Part shown: in pieces, positions 48,596 to 57,623 of the stretch
Layout of the letters: every line of letters begins with the position of its first letter
How positions within the stretch are numbered: position 1 is the stretch's first letter
Notes under the pieces: generated by a model
What the model saw: the letters and a program-made list of their open reading frames with translations, nothing else
Told to the model about the DNA's origin: nothing
The model's database searches: none
Program-made: the position numbers and the translations under genes
Assembly: GCA_964501575.1 (NCBI GenBank)
Contig: CAZCTP010000004.1
Span: 9,402-73,401, forward strand
Direction of reading: 5' to 3'
Length of the DNA: 64,000 nt
Origin: an uncultured Thermodesulfobacteriota bacterium
GTDB taxonomy: Bacteria > Desulfobacterota > CAZCTP01

Positions 48596-49999
48596 TTGTT
48601 CAGATTAAAAAGAGAGAATCTTATAGACAAAATAAAAAGACTTTTAGAATTAAGGGAGAAAGAGCCTCTGTCACCCAGATATAGCCAGTTGATAGGAGAC
48701 CTTTATGTGATGAATGGTAATATAGATGAAGCGGTTAAATACTATCTTGAATCTGCCTCATTATATGAAAATATGGACGAGCTTAATAAAGCTATAGCCC
48801 TTTATAGAAAGATATTAAAATTAGTTCCTGACAATTATGATACTTATAATAAAACAGGGAATCTTCTTATTAAGATGGGGTTAATTGGAGATGCAAAGCT
48901 GTGTTATCTATTATTGGCTAAATTATATCACAGTAGGAAGAAATATTTAGATGCCATGAATATATTGGACAAAATATTAACCATTGATCCGGATAATATA
49001 GAGATTCTCAACATGTATGCAGATATCGCAGCAAAGGAAAATATGAATTATATCAGTGCTCAGAAGTTATTTAAGATAGGAGATATATATTTTAATCGTT
49101 CTGAATTTAATAAAGCTATTTGTTATTATAAAAAGGGACTAAAACTTGAGCCTGATGAGAAAGAAATAATCGATAAAATAAATGAGATAAGATTAAAGTT
49201 TAATATAGAAGAAGAGGAAATAGATGAAATAGAAGACAGAGATAATAAAATCTTTGAAGGAATTGAGATTGATACATTAAATAAAAGATTGGAAGAAAGG
49301 GGGGATTTGAAATCAACAAATATTAGGTATACTCCTCTCAGAAAAAATATTATTACATATTTATCTATAATATTTTTAATATTTGTTATATCAATTATAA
49401 TGATAAAATTACTTAAAAATGAAAAGATTGAAAAGGTCTTCATTAAATCCATCCCAAAATCTGAGAATAAAATATCTATTAAAAAGAAAGAAATCCCCAT
49501 TCAAAGGAAGAAGACTATTACTGAGGACAAGGAACCTCTTTCTCAAAGGGAAAGAAGTATTAAAGAAAAACTTGAAACTATATGGGAGAATAATACAAGA
49601 TTTAGTGATGTAATAAAGATAACTCTTATTACTCCAAAAGAGATAGAGATATTAAATAGGATAGAAGCAGAAGAAAAGAAATGGAACAAGGAAAGAGAGG
49701 AAAAGGAGTTAGAGAATAAGCTTAATATATTTAATAAATTTGATAAATCCTACTATTTTCTTGTTGAAATCCTAAATAGAGAGAAAGTAAATATAGATAT
49801 TATAAAAAAATCTCTATTATTAATATATAATGGTAAAGAGATAAAAGGGAATTTTATGAAGAATTTACCCTATGATAAGGAAAGGAGAATCTTTTACCTT
49901 AAGTTTAATACAAAAGAAAACATAAAAGAGTTAAACCTTTTATTTAGATACAAAGATAGGGAAAAGGTCTTAAAATGGAATATCTCAAAAGAATATTAA
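48596..49999 (+). CDS. TPR-repeat protein with central TM helix and Lys/Glu-rich C-terminal domain
   Basis: 467 aa. Starts 2 bp after the ATPase stop. N-terminal about 230 aa are TPR-like repeats. TM helix ITYLSIIFLIFVISIIMIKLL. No recognisable catalytic motif. Confidence 0.6.
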   Translation: MFRLKRENLIDKIKRLLELREKEPLSPRYSQLIGDLYVMNGNIDEAVKYYLESASLYENMDELNKAIALYRKILKLVPDNYDTYNKTGNLLIKMGLIGDAKLCYLLLAKLYHSRKKYLDAMNILDKILTIDPDNIEILNMYADIAAKENMNYISAQKLFKIGDIYFNRSEFNKAICYYKKGLKLEPDEKEIIDKINEIRLKFNIEEEEIDEIEDRDNKIFEGIEIDTLNKRLEERGDLKSTNIRYTPLRKNIITYLSIIFLIFVISIIMIKLLKNEKIEKVFIKSIPKSENKISIKKKEIPIQRKKTITEDKEPLSQRERSIKEKLETIWENNTRFSDVIKITLITPKEIEILNRIEAEEKKWNKEREEKELENKLNIFNKFDKSYYFLVEILNREKVNIDIIKKSLLLIYNGKEIKGNFMKNLPYDKERRIFYLKFNTKENIKELNLLFRYKDREKVLKWNISKEY

Positions 50000-51429
50000 A
50001 AGCTTTTTACTTACTACCAATTATACTGTTAATATCCCATAGAGTAAATGGAGATTCTTCGTTGGATAAGTTTATTAGAGATATTAAAAGTGCTAAACCT
50101 GCCAAACATATAGGAGTAAGGTACCAAGTAAATCCTAAAGATACTATATGGGATATATTGATAAGGATATATCGAATACCTCCAGATAGATATAAAAATT
50201 ATATAGAAAGTATAAAATCCCTAAACCCAGAAATAAAAGATATTAACAGAATATACCCAGGAGAAGTAATAATCATTCCCGAATTGCCTTTAAAGAACAA
50301 TTTAATCTTAAATAAAAATATATCTATCTCTCATAAAAGGGACTATTATATTAAGCCTTCAAAAGATAGAGTATTTGAACTATTTTCAAAGCTCAATGAG
50401 GATATAGATTCAGGAGATATATCAATTCCTATATTCAAAAATGGGAAGATAAAAATAAATGGTAAAACTTATCCTACTATTAAGCTAAGAAATGGGAAAA
50501 TAATAATATTAGATTTTGATAATAAAATATCTTCATCTCTAAGAAAAATCATTGAAAAATATCTAAAGGGTTCAGAGATAGTAAGAGTGGAAGGTCCTAT
50601 GAAAAATTTTATTAATAATATATTAAATATCTCAGGTTATTATTCTGTGAGGAAAAATGACAAGATTATTCTTGGGGAGAAGGCTAAAATTATAATAAAT
50701 TGTGACTTCATAGTAGAAAAGAGTAGAAATTCTATAATAGGGGGAAAGATTTACATAATAAATCTTGCAATGAATAGTTCATCATATTTGCCCCAGAATT
50801 TAATAGACTATCTTGAAAGTAGAGAATTCAGAGTTATAGAGATAAAAGGTAATAGGTATAATGATAGAAGAGGTGGTATATACCATAAAGGTGTTATAAT
50901 ATTGATGAACAACTTTAGTCCAAAAGATTTAGTCATAAAATTCCTTGATATAATGGGAGAGAAATATGAAAGAGATATCCCCATAGATGTCACAAGAAGC
51001 TTGTTAGACGGAATAAAATTTACAATAAAAGGAGATATTTCTTTTAAGAAGAATGGCAAGATATATATTATTACATTCTCTGATGTCCCGGAGGATATAT
51101 CCAAGTTTGTAGAAAGATATGGTTTTAAGCTAATAAACATAAAAAATAGTGATAAATTCAGAGATATAATTGACAAGGTATATGGAGAAATAGAATATAA
51201 CTATAAATATGGATCATATATACTTCCTAAGGAACATCCGGTATATAATAGAATAGACATAGAGATTCCTGGTGTTTATATATCAAAATCTAATAAGCAT
51301 CCATTTTATTACAAAGGTTGTTTATCTTTTGCTCCATCTAAGGATTCCCTCATTATTACAGATGTAAAATTATTCAACCCTTTAAAAGATATAATTAAAG
51401 ATGAGGGTTTTAAAATAATAGAATATTAA
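49975..51429 (+). CDS. secreted protein with N-terminal LysM-like domain
   Basis: 484 aa. Overlaps the previous gene by 25 bp. Signal peptide MEYLKRILKAFYLLPIILLISHRVNG. Residues about 50-105 (DTIWDILIRIYRIPPDRY...INRIYPGEVIIIPE) match the LysM pattern. The rest is unassigned. Confidence 0.55.
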   Translation: MEYLKRILKAFYLLPIILLISHRVNGDSSLDKFIRDIKSAKPAKHIGVRYQVNPKDTIWDILIRIYRIPPDRYKNYIESIKSLNPEIKDINRIYPGEVIIIPELPLKNNLILNKNISISHKRDYYIKPSKDRVFELFSKLNEDIDSGDISIPIFKNGKIKINGKTYPTIKLRNGKIIILDFDNKISSSLRKIIEKYLKGSEIVRVEGPMKNFINNILNISGYYSVRKNDKIILGEKAKIIINCDFIVEKSRNSIIGGKIYIINLAMNSSSYLPQNLIDYLESREFRVIEIKGNRYNDRRGGIYHKGVIILMNNFSPKDLVIKFLDIMGEKYERDIPIDVTRSLLDGIKFTIKGDISFKKNGKIYIITFSDVPEDISKFVERYGFKLINIKNSDKFRDIIDKVYGEIEYNYKYGSYILPKEHPVYNRIDIEIPGVYISKSNKHPFYYKGCLSFAPSKDSLIITDVKLFNPLKDIIKDEGFKIIEY

Positions 51430-51444
51430 AAAGACTTAATAAAG

Positions 51445-52755
51445 CTATATTCTTTTTAGGCATGCTGCGAAGAATCCATCCATAATATCTATAAATGGAA
51501 GGGTATTAAAAAATCCATTATTATTAAATAAATTTAACCATTTAGGAACTTCTATTAATATAAAATCTTTGTTATCTTCTAAAAATTTCTTTATAATATC
51601 CTCATTTTCTTCCTTTTCAAGAGTACATACACTATAGACCATAATACCATCCTTCTCTAAAAATCTTGAAACATTATTAATAATATTAAGCTGGAGCTCA
51701 GATAATAAATATATATCCTCTTCCTTTCTTCTCCATTTTATATCAGGATTACGCGATAAGACACCAAGTCCAGAACAGGGGGGATCAATGAGTATTTTAG
51801 AAAACTTAATATTCTTTATACTATCTAAATAAGAAAGGACATCTTCTATAATTATTTTTACGATATCTATCCCAAGCCTTAAACAGCTCCTCTTAAGAAA
51901 TAATTGCCTATTTCTATTTATATCAATAGAATATATTTCCCCTTCATTACCCATCAATTCTGCAATATGAGTTGTCTTTCCTCCGGGAGCAGAACATATA
52001 TCAAGTACTCTATCACCCAAATTTGGACTTAATATATAAGATATTAACTGAGAAGCTTCGTCCTGAACCTGAAACAAGCCATCTCTAAATGACTTAAACC
52101 TCTCAATACTACCAGAACCCCTAATATATATTCCATCTTTTGAAAATTTTGCAGGTGATACCTCTCTCATACCTTCTTTTCGTAATATCTCTATGAGATC
52201 ATCCCTATTTATCTTTAACTTATTCGCCCTTATTGTAATCTGAGGCACTCTATTATTCAATTCACATATTCTCCTTGTTTCCTCAGGGCCATACCTACTA
52301 TACCACCTCTTAACCATCCATTCAGGATGAGAGTATAATATAGAAATATTAGATATAGAGTTATCCGGATACCTTATATATTCTCTATTTCTATCAATAT
52401 TTCTTAAAACAGCATTAACAAATGCTTTAGCATGTTGTTTAACAAGTTTTACAGCTTCATTTATGGCTGCTGAAGGAGGAACTCTATCAAGAAATAACAA
52501 TTGGTATATCCCTAATCTTAGGGCATTCATAATATCGGTATCTATCTTCTTTATATTAGAAAATTCTCCTATTATCCAATCTATCCTTAATCTGTGTCGG
52601 GTGACTCCATATACAAGATCTGTTATAAACGCTCTATCAAGAGAGGATAGGGCCTTTTCTTTATTTAATATATTATTTAATACTATATTAAGATAAGAAT
52701 CTCTCTTTTCTATTCTATTAAGAATTTTTAAGGCTAGTTCTCTCGGGCTCATCAA
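51445..52755 (-). CDS. rsmB: 16S rRNA (cytosine-C5)-methyltransferase RsmB/Sun
   Basis: 436 aa. NusB-like N domain, then SAM MTase with DICSAPGGKT and the PCSG motif (DPPCSGLGV). Confidence 0.85.
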   Translation of the reverse strand: MMSPRELALKILNRIEKRDSYLNIVLNNILNKEKALSSLDRAFITDLVYGVTRHRLRIDWIIGEFSNIKKIDTDIMNALRLGIYQLLFLDRVPPSAAINEAVKLVKQHAKAFVNAVLRNIDRNREYIRYPDNSISNISILYSHPEWMVKRWYSRYGPEETRRICELNNRVPQITIRANKLKINRDDLIEILRKEGMREVSPAKFSKDGIYIRGSGSIERFKSFRDGLFQVQDEASQLISYILSPNLGDRVLDICSAPGGKTTHIAELMGNEGEIYSIDINRNRQLFLKRSCLRLGIDIVKIIIEDVLSYLDSIKNIKFSKILIDPPCSGLGVLSRNPDIKWRRKEEDIYLLSELQLNIINNVSRFLEKDGIMVYSVCTLEKEENEDIIKKFLEDNKDFILIEVPKWLNLFNNNGFFNTLPFIDIMDGFFAACLKRI

Positions 52756-52782
52756 TCTTTTAACCTATTAAATTTTTAAATA

Positions 52783-53214
52783 TTAATCTGTTGATCCAAA
52801 TCCTCTTTCTCCTCTTATGGTATCAGTAAGCTCCTCTACTTTCTTAATATCAACATATAATACAGGTTTAATAATCATCTGGGCAATTTTCATTCCTTTT
52901 TCAACCACAAACGGCTTCCTTCCATGATTTATTAAAATAATTCTAATCTCACCCCTATAATTAGAATCTATCGTCCCTGGAGAGTTCAAAACGGTAACCT
53001 GATTCTTTAATGCCAATCCGCTTTTAGGCCTAATTTGAGCCTCAGTGCCTCGAGGAAGCTCTATAGCAATACCTGTATGAATCAATTTACTCTCTCCGGG
53101 ATTTATAATAACGCTCTCTATTGAAAAGAGGTCCAATCCAGCATCACCTTCATGTGCATATTCCGGGAACCTTGCTTTTTCATTTATAAGCTTAACCTTT
53201 ATACTATTAGCCAC
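52783..53214 (-). CDS. dut: dUTP diphosphatase
   Basis: 143 aa. [23 protein letters not shown] motifs. Confidence 0.9.
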   Translation of the reverse strand: MANSIKVKLINEKARFPEYAHEGDAGLDLFSIESVIINPGESKLIHTGIAIELPRGTEAQIRPKSGLALKNQVTVLNSPGTIDSNYRGEIRIILINHGRKPFVVEKGMKIAQMIIKPVLYVDIKKVEELTDTIRGERGFGSTD

Positions 53215-53216
53215 AT

Positions 53217-54353
53217 TTATGCTCCTCTTTCTGGATTGGGTAGAACTGTTTCTACTAATTCTTCATCAAAAGAACGACCCTCAGCAATCAATTGACGATA
53301 TCTTATATAATCTATATTAGCCTTACCAGTCAATCTTTGAGTATTAAATGCGTTAAATCCTAAATAGGCTTCAAAATTCATATTAGCACCCAACCAATAC
53401 ATTCCACTTATTTTATTATACTCCCAAAAATACCTCTTCTTATACCTCAGGGTTTCAATAGATTTCATTAAACAGGTGGGCATAAGATTAGCGAATTTCC
53501 ATACCGCTTCATTTACTGCTTCATCTAAAAGCTCAAAATCGGTAACTGCTTTTTTTAGAATCTCCTTCCCTTTTCTTGTTTCTTCACCGTCTTTAAACTC
53601 TCCATATACAATTTCTCCATCTTCAACATACTTATCAATAATTACCAATGGGTTTCTTATCCATTCTCCATCTATCTTTTTTACAGGCACTACTCTACTT
53701 ATAAGCCCTAATCTCTTCATCTTATAAGCGCTCCAGAGCTCATTTGAAACGCAGTTCCATATTGCATCTTCAATTGTCAAAAACCATGGAAGGAAATCAG
53801 TAGAACCACCATCAGGGGTAGAACCATGCTTTGTACCCGCCTGACCAAATAGTGCCATATCAGAAGCTATAGTATGGTCACAGGCTAGTCCAATCTCCTG
53901 ACCTCCAGCAACTCTCATACCATTAGCACGGCAGATTACTGGTTTACGACATTTTAGAATAGCATCTACCATCCCTGAAAATAAGTCCATATAATCCATA
54001 TATTCCTTAGGTCTTTTTGTATAATATTCAGCATATTCCTTAACATTTCCACCGCTACAAAAAGCTTTATCCCCTGCCCCTGTAAAAACAACTGCTACAA
54101 CGCTCCTATCTATAGAGGCTTTATGAAAGCCTGCGATAACACCTTTAATCATTTGGGTAGTATAGGAATTATATTGGGCAGGATTATTAAGAGTTATCCA
54201 CGCTGTATATAATCCTTTAATCTCATTTCCATCAGGATCAACCAAAGGTTTCAGTTCATAAGTGGTACATGGTGGAGTTGTCCCGAAATGCTCATCCCCA
54301 AAAAGATTATGGTCCTTTAATATATTATCCCTCTCTAACCATTCTAAAGACAT
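53217..54353 (-). CDS. long-form crotonase (enoyl-CoA hydratase/isomerase) family protein; possibly 6-oxocyclohexene-carbonyl-CoA hydrolase (Oah/BamA)-like
   Basis: 378 aa. Crotonase-fold motifs [17 protein letters not shown] and [13 protein letters not shown]. The length fits ring-hydrolysing members rather than the 260-aa hydratases. 2-bp gap to dut. Confidence 0.7.
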   Translation of the reverse strand: MSLEWLERDNILKDHNLFGDEHFGTTPPCTTYELKPLVDPDGNEIKGLYTAWITLNNPAQYNSYTTQMIKGVIAGFHKASIDRSVVAVVFTGAGDKAFCSGGNVKEYAEYYTKRPKEYMDYMDLFSGMVDAILKCRKPVICRANGMRVAGGQEIGLACDHTIASDMALFGQAGTKHGSTPDGGSTDFLPWFLTIEDAIWNCVSNELWSAYKMKRLGLISRVVPVKKIDGEWIRNPLVIIDKYVEDGEIVYGEFKDGEETRKGKEILKKAVTDFELLDEAVNEAVWKFANLMPTCLMKSIETLRYKKRYFWEYNKISGMYWLGANMNFEAYLGFNAFNTQRLTGKANIDYIRYRQLIAEGRSFDEELVETVLPNPERGA

Positions 54354-54578
54354 ATTTAACCTCCTATTTAATTTAAGTTTATTTGAAGATAAAAATAATA
54401 TTTATATAAAAATGGATCAAAGTCAAGTATATAACTTCTTATCTGGAGATAGAAATACCTGAGCAAAGGTATCCCTTTGGAAAAGATATAATGTAATTGG
54501 AGAATCCTCCGGATTTTGGATAATTTATACGAAGAGATAACAGATTATGTTATTAAAGAATAAAACAAAAATAATAGA

Positions 54579-54639
54579 CCCAGCTTACCCTTTCTTGATA
54601 CATAAGACTTTAAGTGGAATCCAGAAAGGGTAAGTTGGG
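54579..54639 (-). terminator. rho-independent terminator candidate: 16-bp stem (CCCAGCTTACCCTTTC / GAAAGGGTAAGTTGGG, one G-U), 29-nt loop, then a U-run on the minus-strand transcript
   Basis: Inverted repeat read directly. Lies 7 bp after the stop of the thioesterase gene that ends the recG operon. Confidence 0.5.
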
Positions 54640-54645
54640 ATATAA

Positions 54646-55059
54646 TTAAAAGTTATTTTTATATTTTATATACGTGGCAATAGCCTTTGCTAATAATTCC
54701 CTACTGCTATTTAGAACATCTATATCTGTTACTATAATCCTGTCACCGGGGCTGATTACTTTTGCCTCTGCTATAATAGGACCTTCTTTTATACCCACCA
54801 GATAACTTACCTTAAGCTCTACAGTATATACCAGCTCATCCTCTTTAATAACAGTAAATGAAGCAAAAGCTCCGGCTGAATCTACAAGAGATGCTATAGC
54901 TCCTCCATGAATGAATCCCAGCGGCTGAGTTAAATCCATCTTATATGGCATCTCAAGTTTTGCATAACCTTTATCAATATCTAATACTCTTATACCGATA
55001 TTTTTACAAAATGGAGTATCATTTATCCTATCTTTAATATCCTTAGCCAATATTTGCAA
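54646..55059 (-). CDS. hotdog-fold acyl-CoA thioesterase (PaaI/4HBT family)
   Basis: 137 aa. LGFIHGGAIASLVDSAGAFA motif. 17-bp overlap with the recG end. Confidence 0.75.
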   Translation of the reverse strand: MQILAKDIKDRINDTPFCKNIGIRVLDIDKGYAKLEMPYKMDLTQPLGFIHGGAIASLVDSAGAFASFTVIKEDELVYTVELKVSYLVGIKEGPIIAEAKVISPGDRIIVTDIDVLNSSRELLAKAIATYIKYKNNF

Positions 55060-57415
55060 GTTCTAACCTCCCTTTCCATCTTCTTTCTAAAATTGCTTTT
55101 AATGCTCTATGTTCTGGCATTGAAAGATTTGGATCCCTATTAACAACTTCAAAAGCCTCCTTCCTTGCTTCTATTAATATTTTATAGTCATGTATTATAT
55201 CAGCAACTCTAAAATCTGGTATACCAGATTGTCTTGTCCCTATAAAATCTCCAGGTCCTCTTATAGCAAGGTCTTCTTCTGAAATCTTAAATCCATTGAT
55301 TGTATCTTCCATTATTTTAAGCCTTCTTTTAGCATCATCGGATTTCTTGTATTGAGCTAAAAGTATACATTTTGAAGGATATTCTCCTCTCCCAACTCTA
55401 CCCCTTAGCTGATGGAGTTGAGAAAGTCCAAATCTTTCAGCATGTTCAATAACTATAATAGAAGCATTTGGTATATCTATACCGACCTCAATAACTGTTG
55501 TTGCTACAAGAATACTTATTTTCTTATCTTTAAAATCAAGCATTATTCTTTCCTTCTCTTCACTCTTCATCTTCCCATGTAAAAGTCCAAGATTAAAATG
55601 TGGAAATATTTCTGTTTTAAGATGCTCATACATTCTTTTTGCATCCTTTAAATCAAGTTTTTCTGACTCTTCAATAATCGGATATATAATATATGCCTGT
55701 CTTCCTTTTTTAACCTCTTCAAATATAATCTTGTATACCTTATCCCTATCCCTCTCATGGTAGACCTTTGTATATACTGGGGCTCTTCCAGGGGGCATTT
55801 CATCAATAATAGATATATCAAGATCACCATATATAGTTAAAGATAGAGTCCTCGGTATCGGGGTTGCTGTCATAACAAGTGTATCGGGATTTGTACCCTT
55901 CTTTTTGAGTAAACCCCTTTGAATAACACCAAATCTATGTTGTTCATCAATTATTCCAAGCCCTAACTTCTTAAATACAACTTCCTTCTCAATCAACGCA
56001 TGAGTCCCTATTATTATATCAATCCTTCCTTCACTTATATCCTTATAAATCCTTTCCTTTTCGCTCTTTTTTATACTGCTGGTTAATAAAACAATTTTTA
56101 TACCAAGGTTTTTTACTAGTCTATTTATATTCAGAAAGTGTTGCTCTGCCAGGATTTCGGTAGGAGCCATAATCGCAGTCTGATATCCATTTTCAAAACT
56201 TATCAATGAAGCCATCACAGCTACTATTGTCTTTCCGCTTCCAACATCTCCCTGAATCAACCTATTCATAGGATAAGGTTTCCCCATATCCTTTTTTATT
56301 TCCTCTATAACTCTCTCTTGAGCCCTGGTCAATTTAAATGGTAAGGCCTCTTTTAATCTATTTATATATAACCCATCTGTTTTAAAAGATATCCCTTCTT
56401 CAAATAAAACCCCCTTCTTTCTTAATGCAAGTCCCAGCTCAAGAAAGAAAAATTCGTCAAATATAATACTCCTGTGGGATTCTGACTTAAGCAAATTAAG
56501 CTTCTCTATATCATCATTTATATCCGGGAAATGAACCCTCCTTATAGCATCTGGCAAATCAACAAGACTCTGCCTCTTTAGGATATAGTATGGTACATTG
56601 TTTCTAATTTTATTGGAATATTCGTCAACAACTCTCTTCATTATTTTTCGTATAATCTTCTGATTAAGCCCTTCGGTCTCTGAATATATAGGTATTATCC
56701 TTTTAAAATCTGTGTCATCCATATCTTCAAATATCTCTATATCTGGATGATGTATCTCTAATCCTCCCCTGAATATATTTATCTCACCACTTAATATAAC
56801 CTTCTTACCAGACTTAAAATTTTTCCTCATATACCCTTCATTAAACTGAAACCACTTTGCCTTCATAAAACCTGTCTCATCGCCTATTATCATCTCAAAT
56901 ATTCTTCTACCAGTTGACACCCTGATCACATCCATTGATATTATATCTCCAATAAATGTATTTATTTTGCCAGGTTTTAAACTTGAAATTTTTCTTATCT
57001 CTCTTCTGTCTTCATATCTTCTTGGAAGAAAATACAGAGCATCTTCGATACTGATTATACCCTTCTTTTTGAACTTTTCTGCTATCTTGGGTCCCACTCC
57101 TTTCAAGAACTGTATGGATATAGAAGAAAGATCTTCTATATCATTTTCTTTAAAATTTATTAATATCCTTAATGACTTTCTAATCCTTTCTTTTTTCTCT
57201 TCAACTCTCAGAGATTCATACCCTTTAAAGTTATACTTTAGGCTGTTAAGAATTTCTCTTTTTTTATTATTTAATCTGAGTAAGAGCCCATCTTCTGAAA
57301 GGCCGGTTATTAGCTTTTCCAATCCTTTGAGATTCTCAAGGTTAGAGTAGGAATTCCTTGAAGCATATAACAGAGGTTTTTCTATAGCTGATATAATATC
57401 ATCAAATTCCTTCAT
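55043..57415 (-). CDS. recG: ATP-dependent DNA helicase RecG
   Basis: 790 aa. Wedge/OB domain, helicase motifs GDVGSGKT, DEQHRFGV, TATPIPRT, and the TRG motif region. Confidence 0.9.
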   Translation of the reverse strand: MKEFDDIISAIEKPLLYASRNSYSNLENLKGLEKLITGLSEDGLLLRLNNKKREILNSLKYNFKGYESLRVEEKKERIRKSLRILINFKENDIEDLSSISIQFLKGVGPKIAEKFKKKGIISIEDALYFLPRRYEDRREIRKISSLKPGKINTFIGDIISMDVIRVSTGRRIFEMIIGDETGFMKAKWFQFNEGYMRKNFKSGKKVILSGEINIFRGGLEIHHPDIEIFEDMDDTDFKRIIPIYSETEGLNQKIIRKIMKRVVDEYSNKIRNNVPYYILKRQSLVDLPDAIRRVHFPDINDDIEKLNLLKSESHRSIIFDEFFFLELGLALRKKGVLFEEGISFKTDGLYINRLKEALPFKLTRAQERVIEEIKKDMGKPYPMNRLIQGDVGSGKTIVAVMASLISFENGYQTAIMAPTEILAEQHFLNINRLVKNLGIKIVLLTSSIKKSEKERIYKDISEGRIDIIIGTHALIEKEVVFKKLGLGIIDEQHRFGVIQRGLLKKKGTNPDTLVMTATPIPRTLSLTIYGDLDISIIDEMPPGRAPVYTKVYHERDRDKVYKIIFEEVKKGRQAYIIYPIIEESEKLDLKDAKRMYEHLKTEIFPHFNLGLLHGKMKSEEKERIMLDFKDKKISILVATTVIEVGIDIPNASIIVIEHAERFGLSQLHQLRGRVGRGEYPSKCILLAQYKKSDDAKRRLKIMEDTINGFKISEEDLAIRGPGDFIGTRQSGIPDFRVADIIHDYKILIEARKEAFEVVNRDPNLSMPEHRALKAILERRWKGRLELANIG

Positions 57416-57623
57416 CAGCCCCTTTTTTATTTATAAATTCATTTAAGGTATCAATAAATTCATTTATATCTATCCCATGATATTTTGCGCCCTTTTCCAG
57501 CGTCTCGGCCTCTGCTCCCCCGCATCCTATACATTCCATATTATATTTTTCAAATATTCTTAAAGTTTCAGGATAGAGTTTCAATATCTCCTTAATTTTC
57601 ATCTCCTTTGTTACCCTTTTCAA
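57402..57623 (-). CDS. DUF1858-like small redox protein (hybrid-cluster-protein-associated disulfide domain)
   Basis: 73 aa. ECIGCGGA CxxC-type motif. ATGA overlap with carB and a 14-bp overlap with the recG start. Confidence 0.5.
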   Translation of the reverse strand: MKRVTKEMKIKEILKLYPETLRIFEKYNMECIGCGGAEAETLEKGAKYHGIDINEFIDTLNEFINKKGADEGI

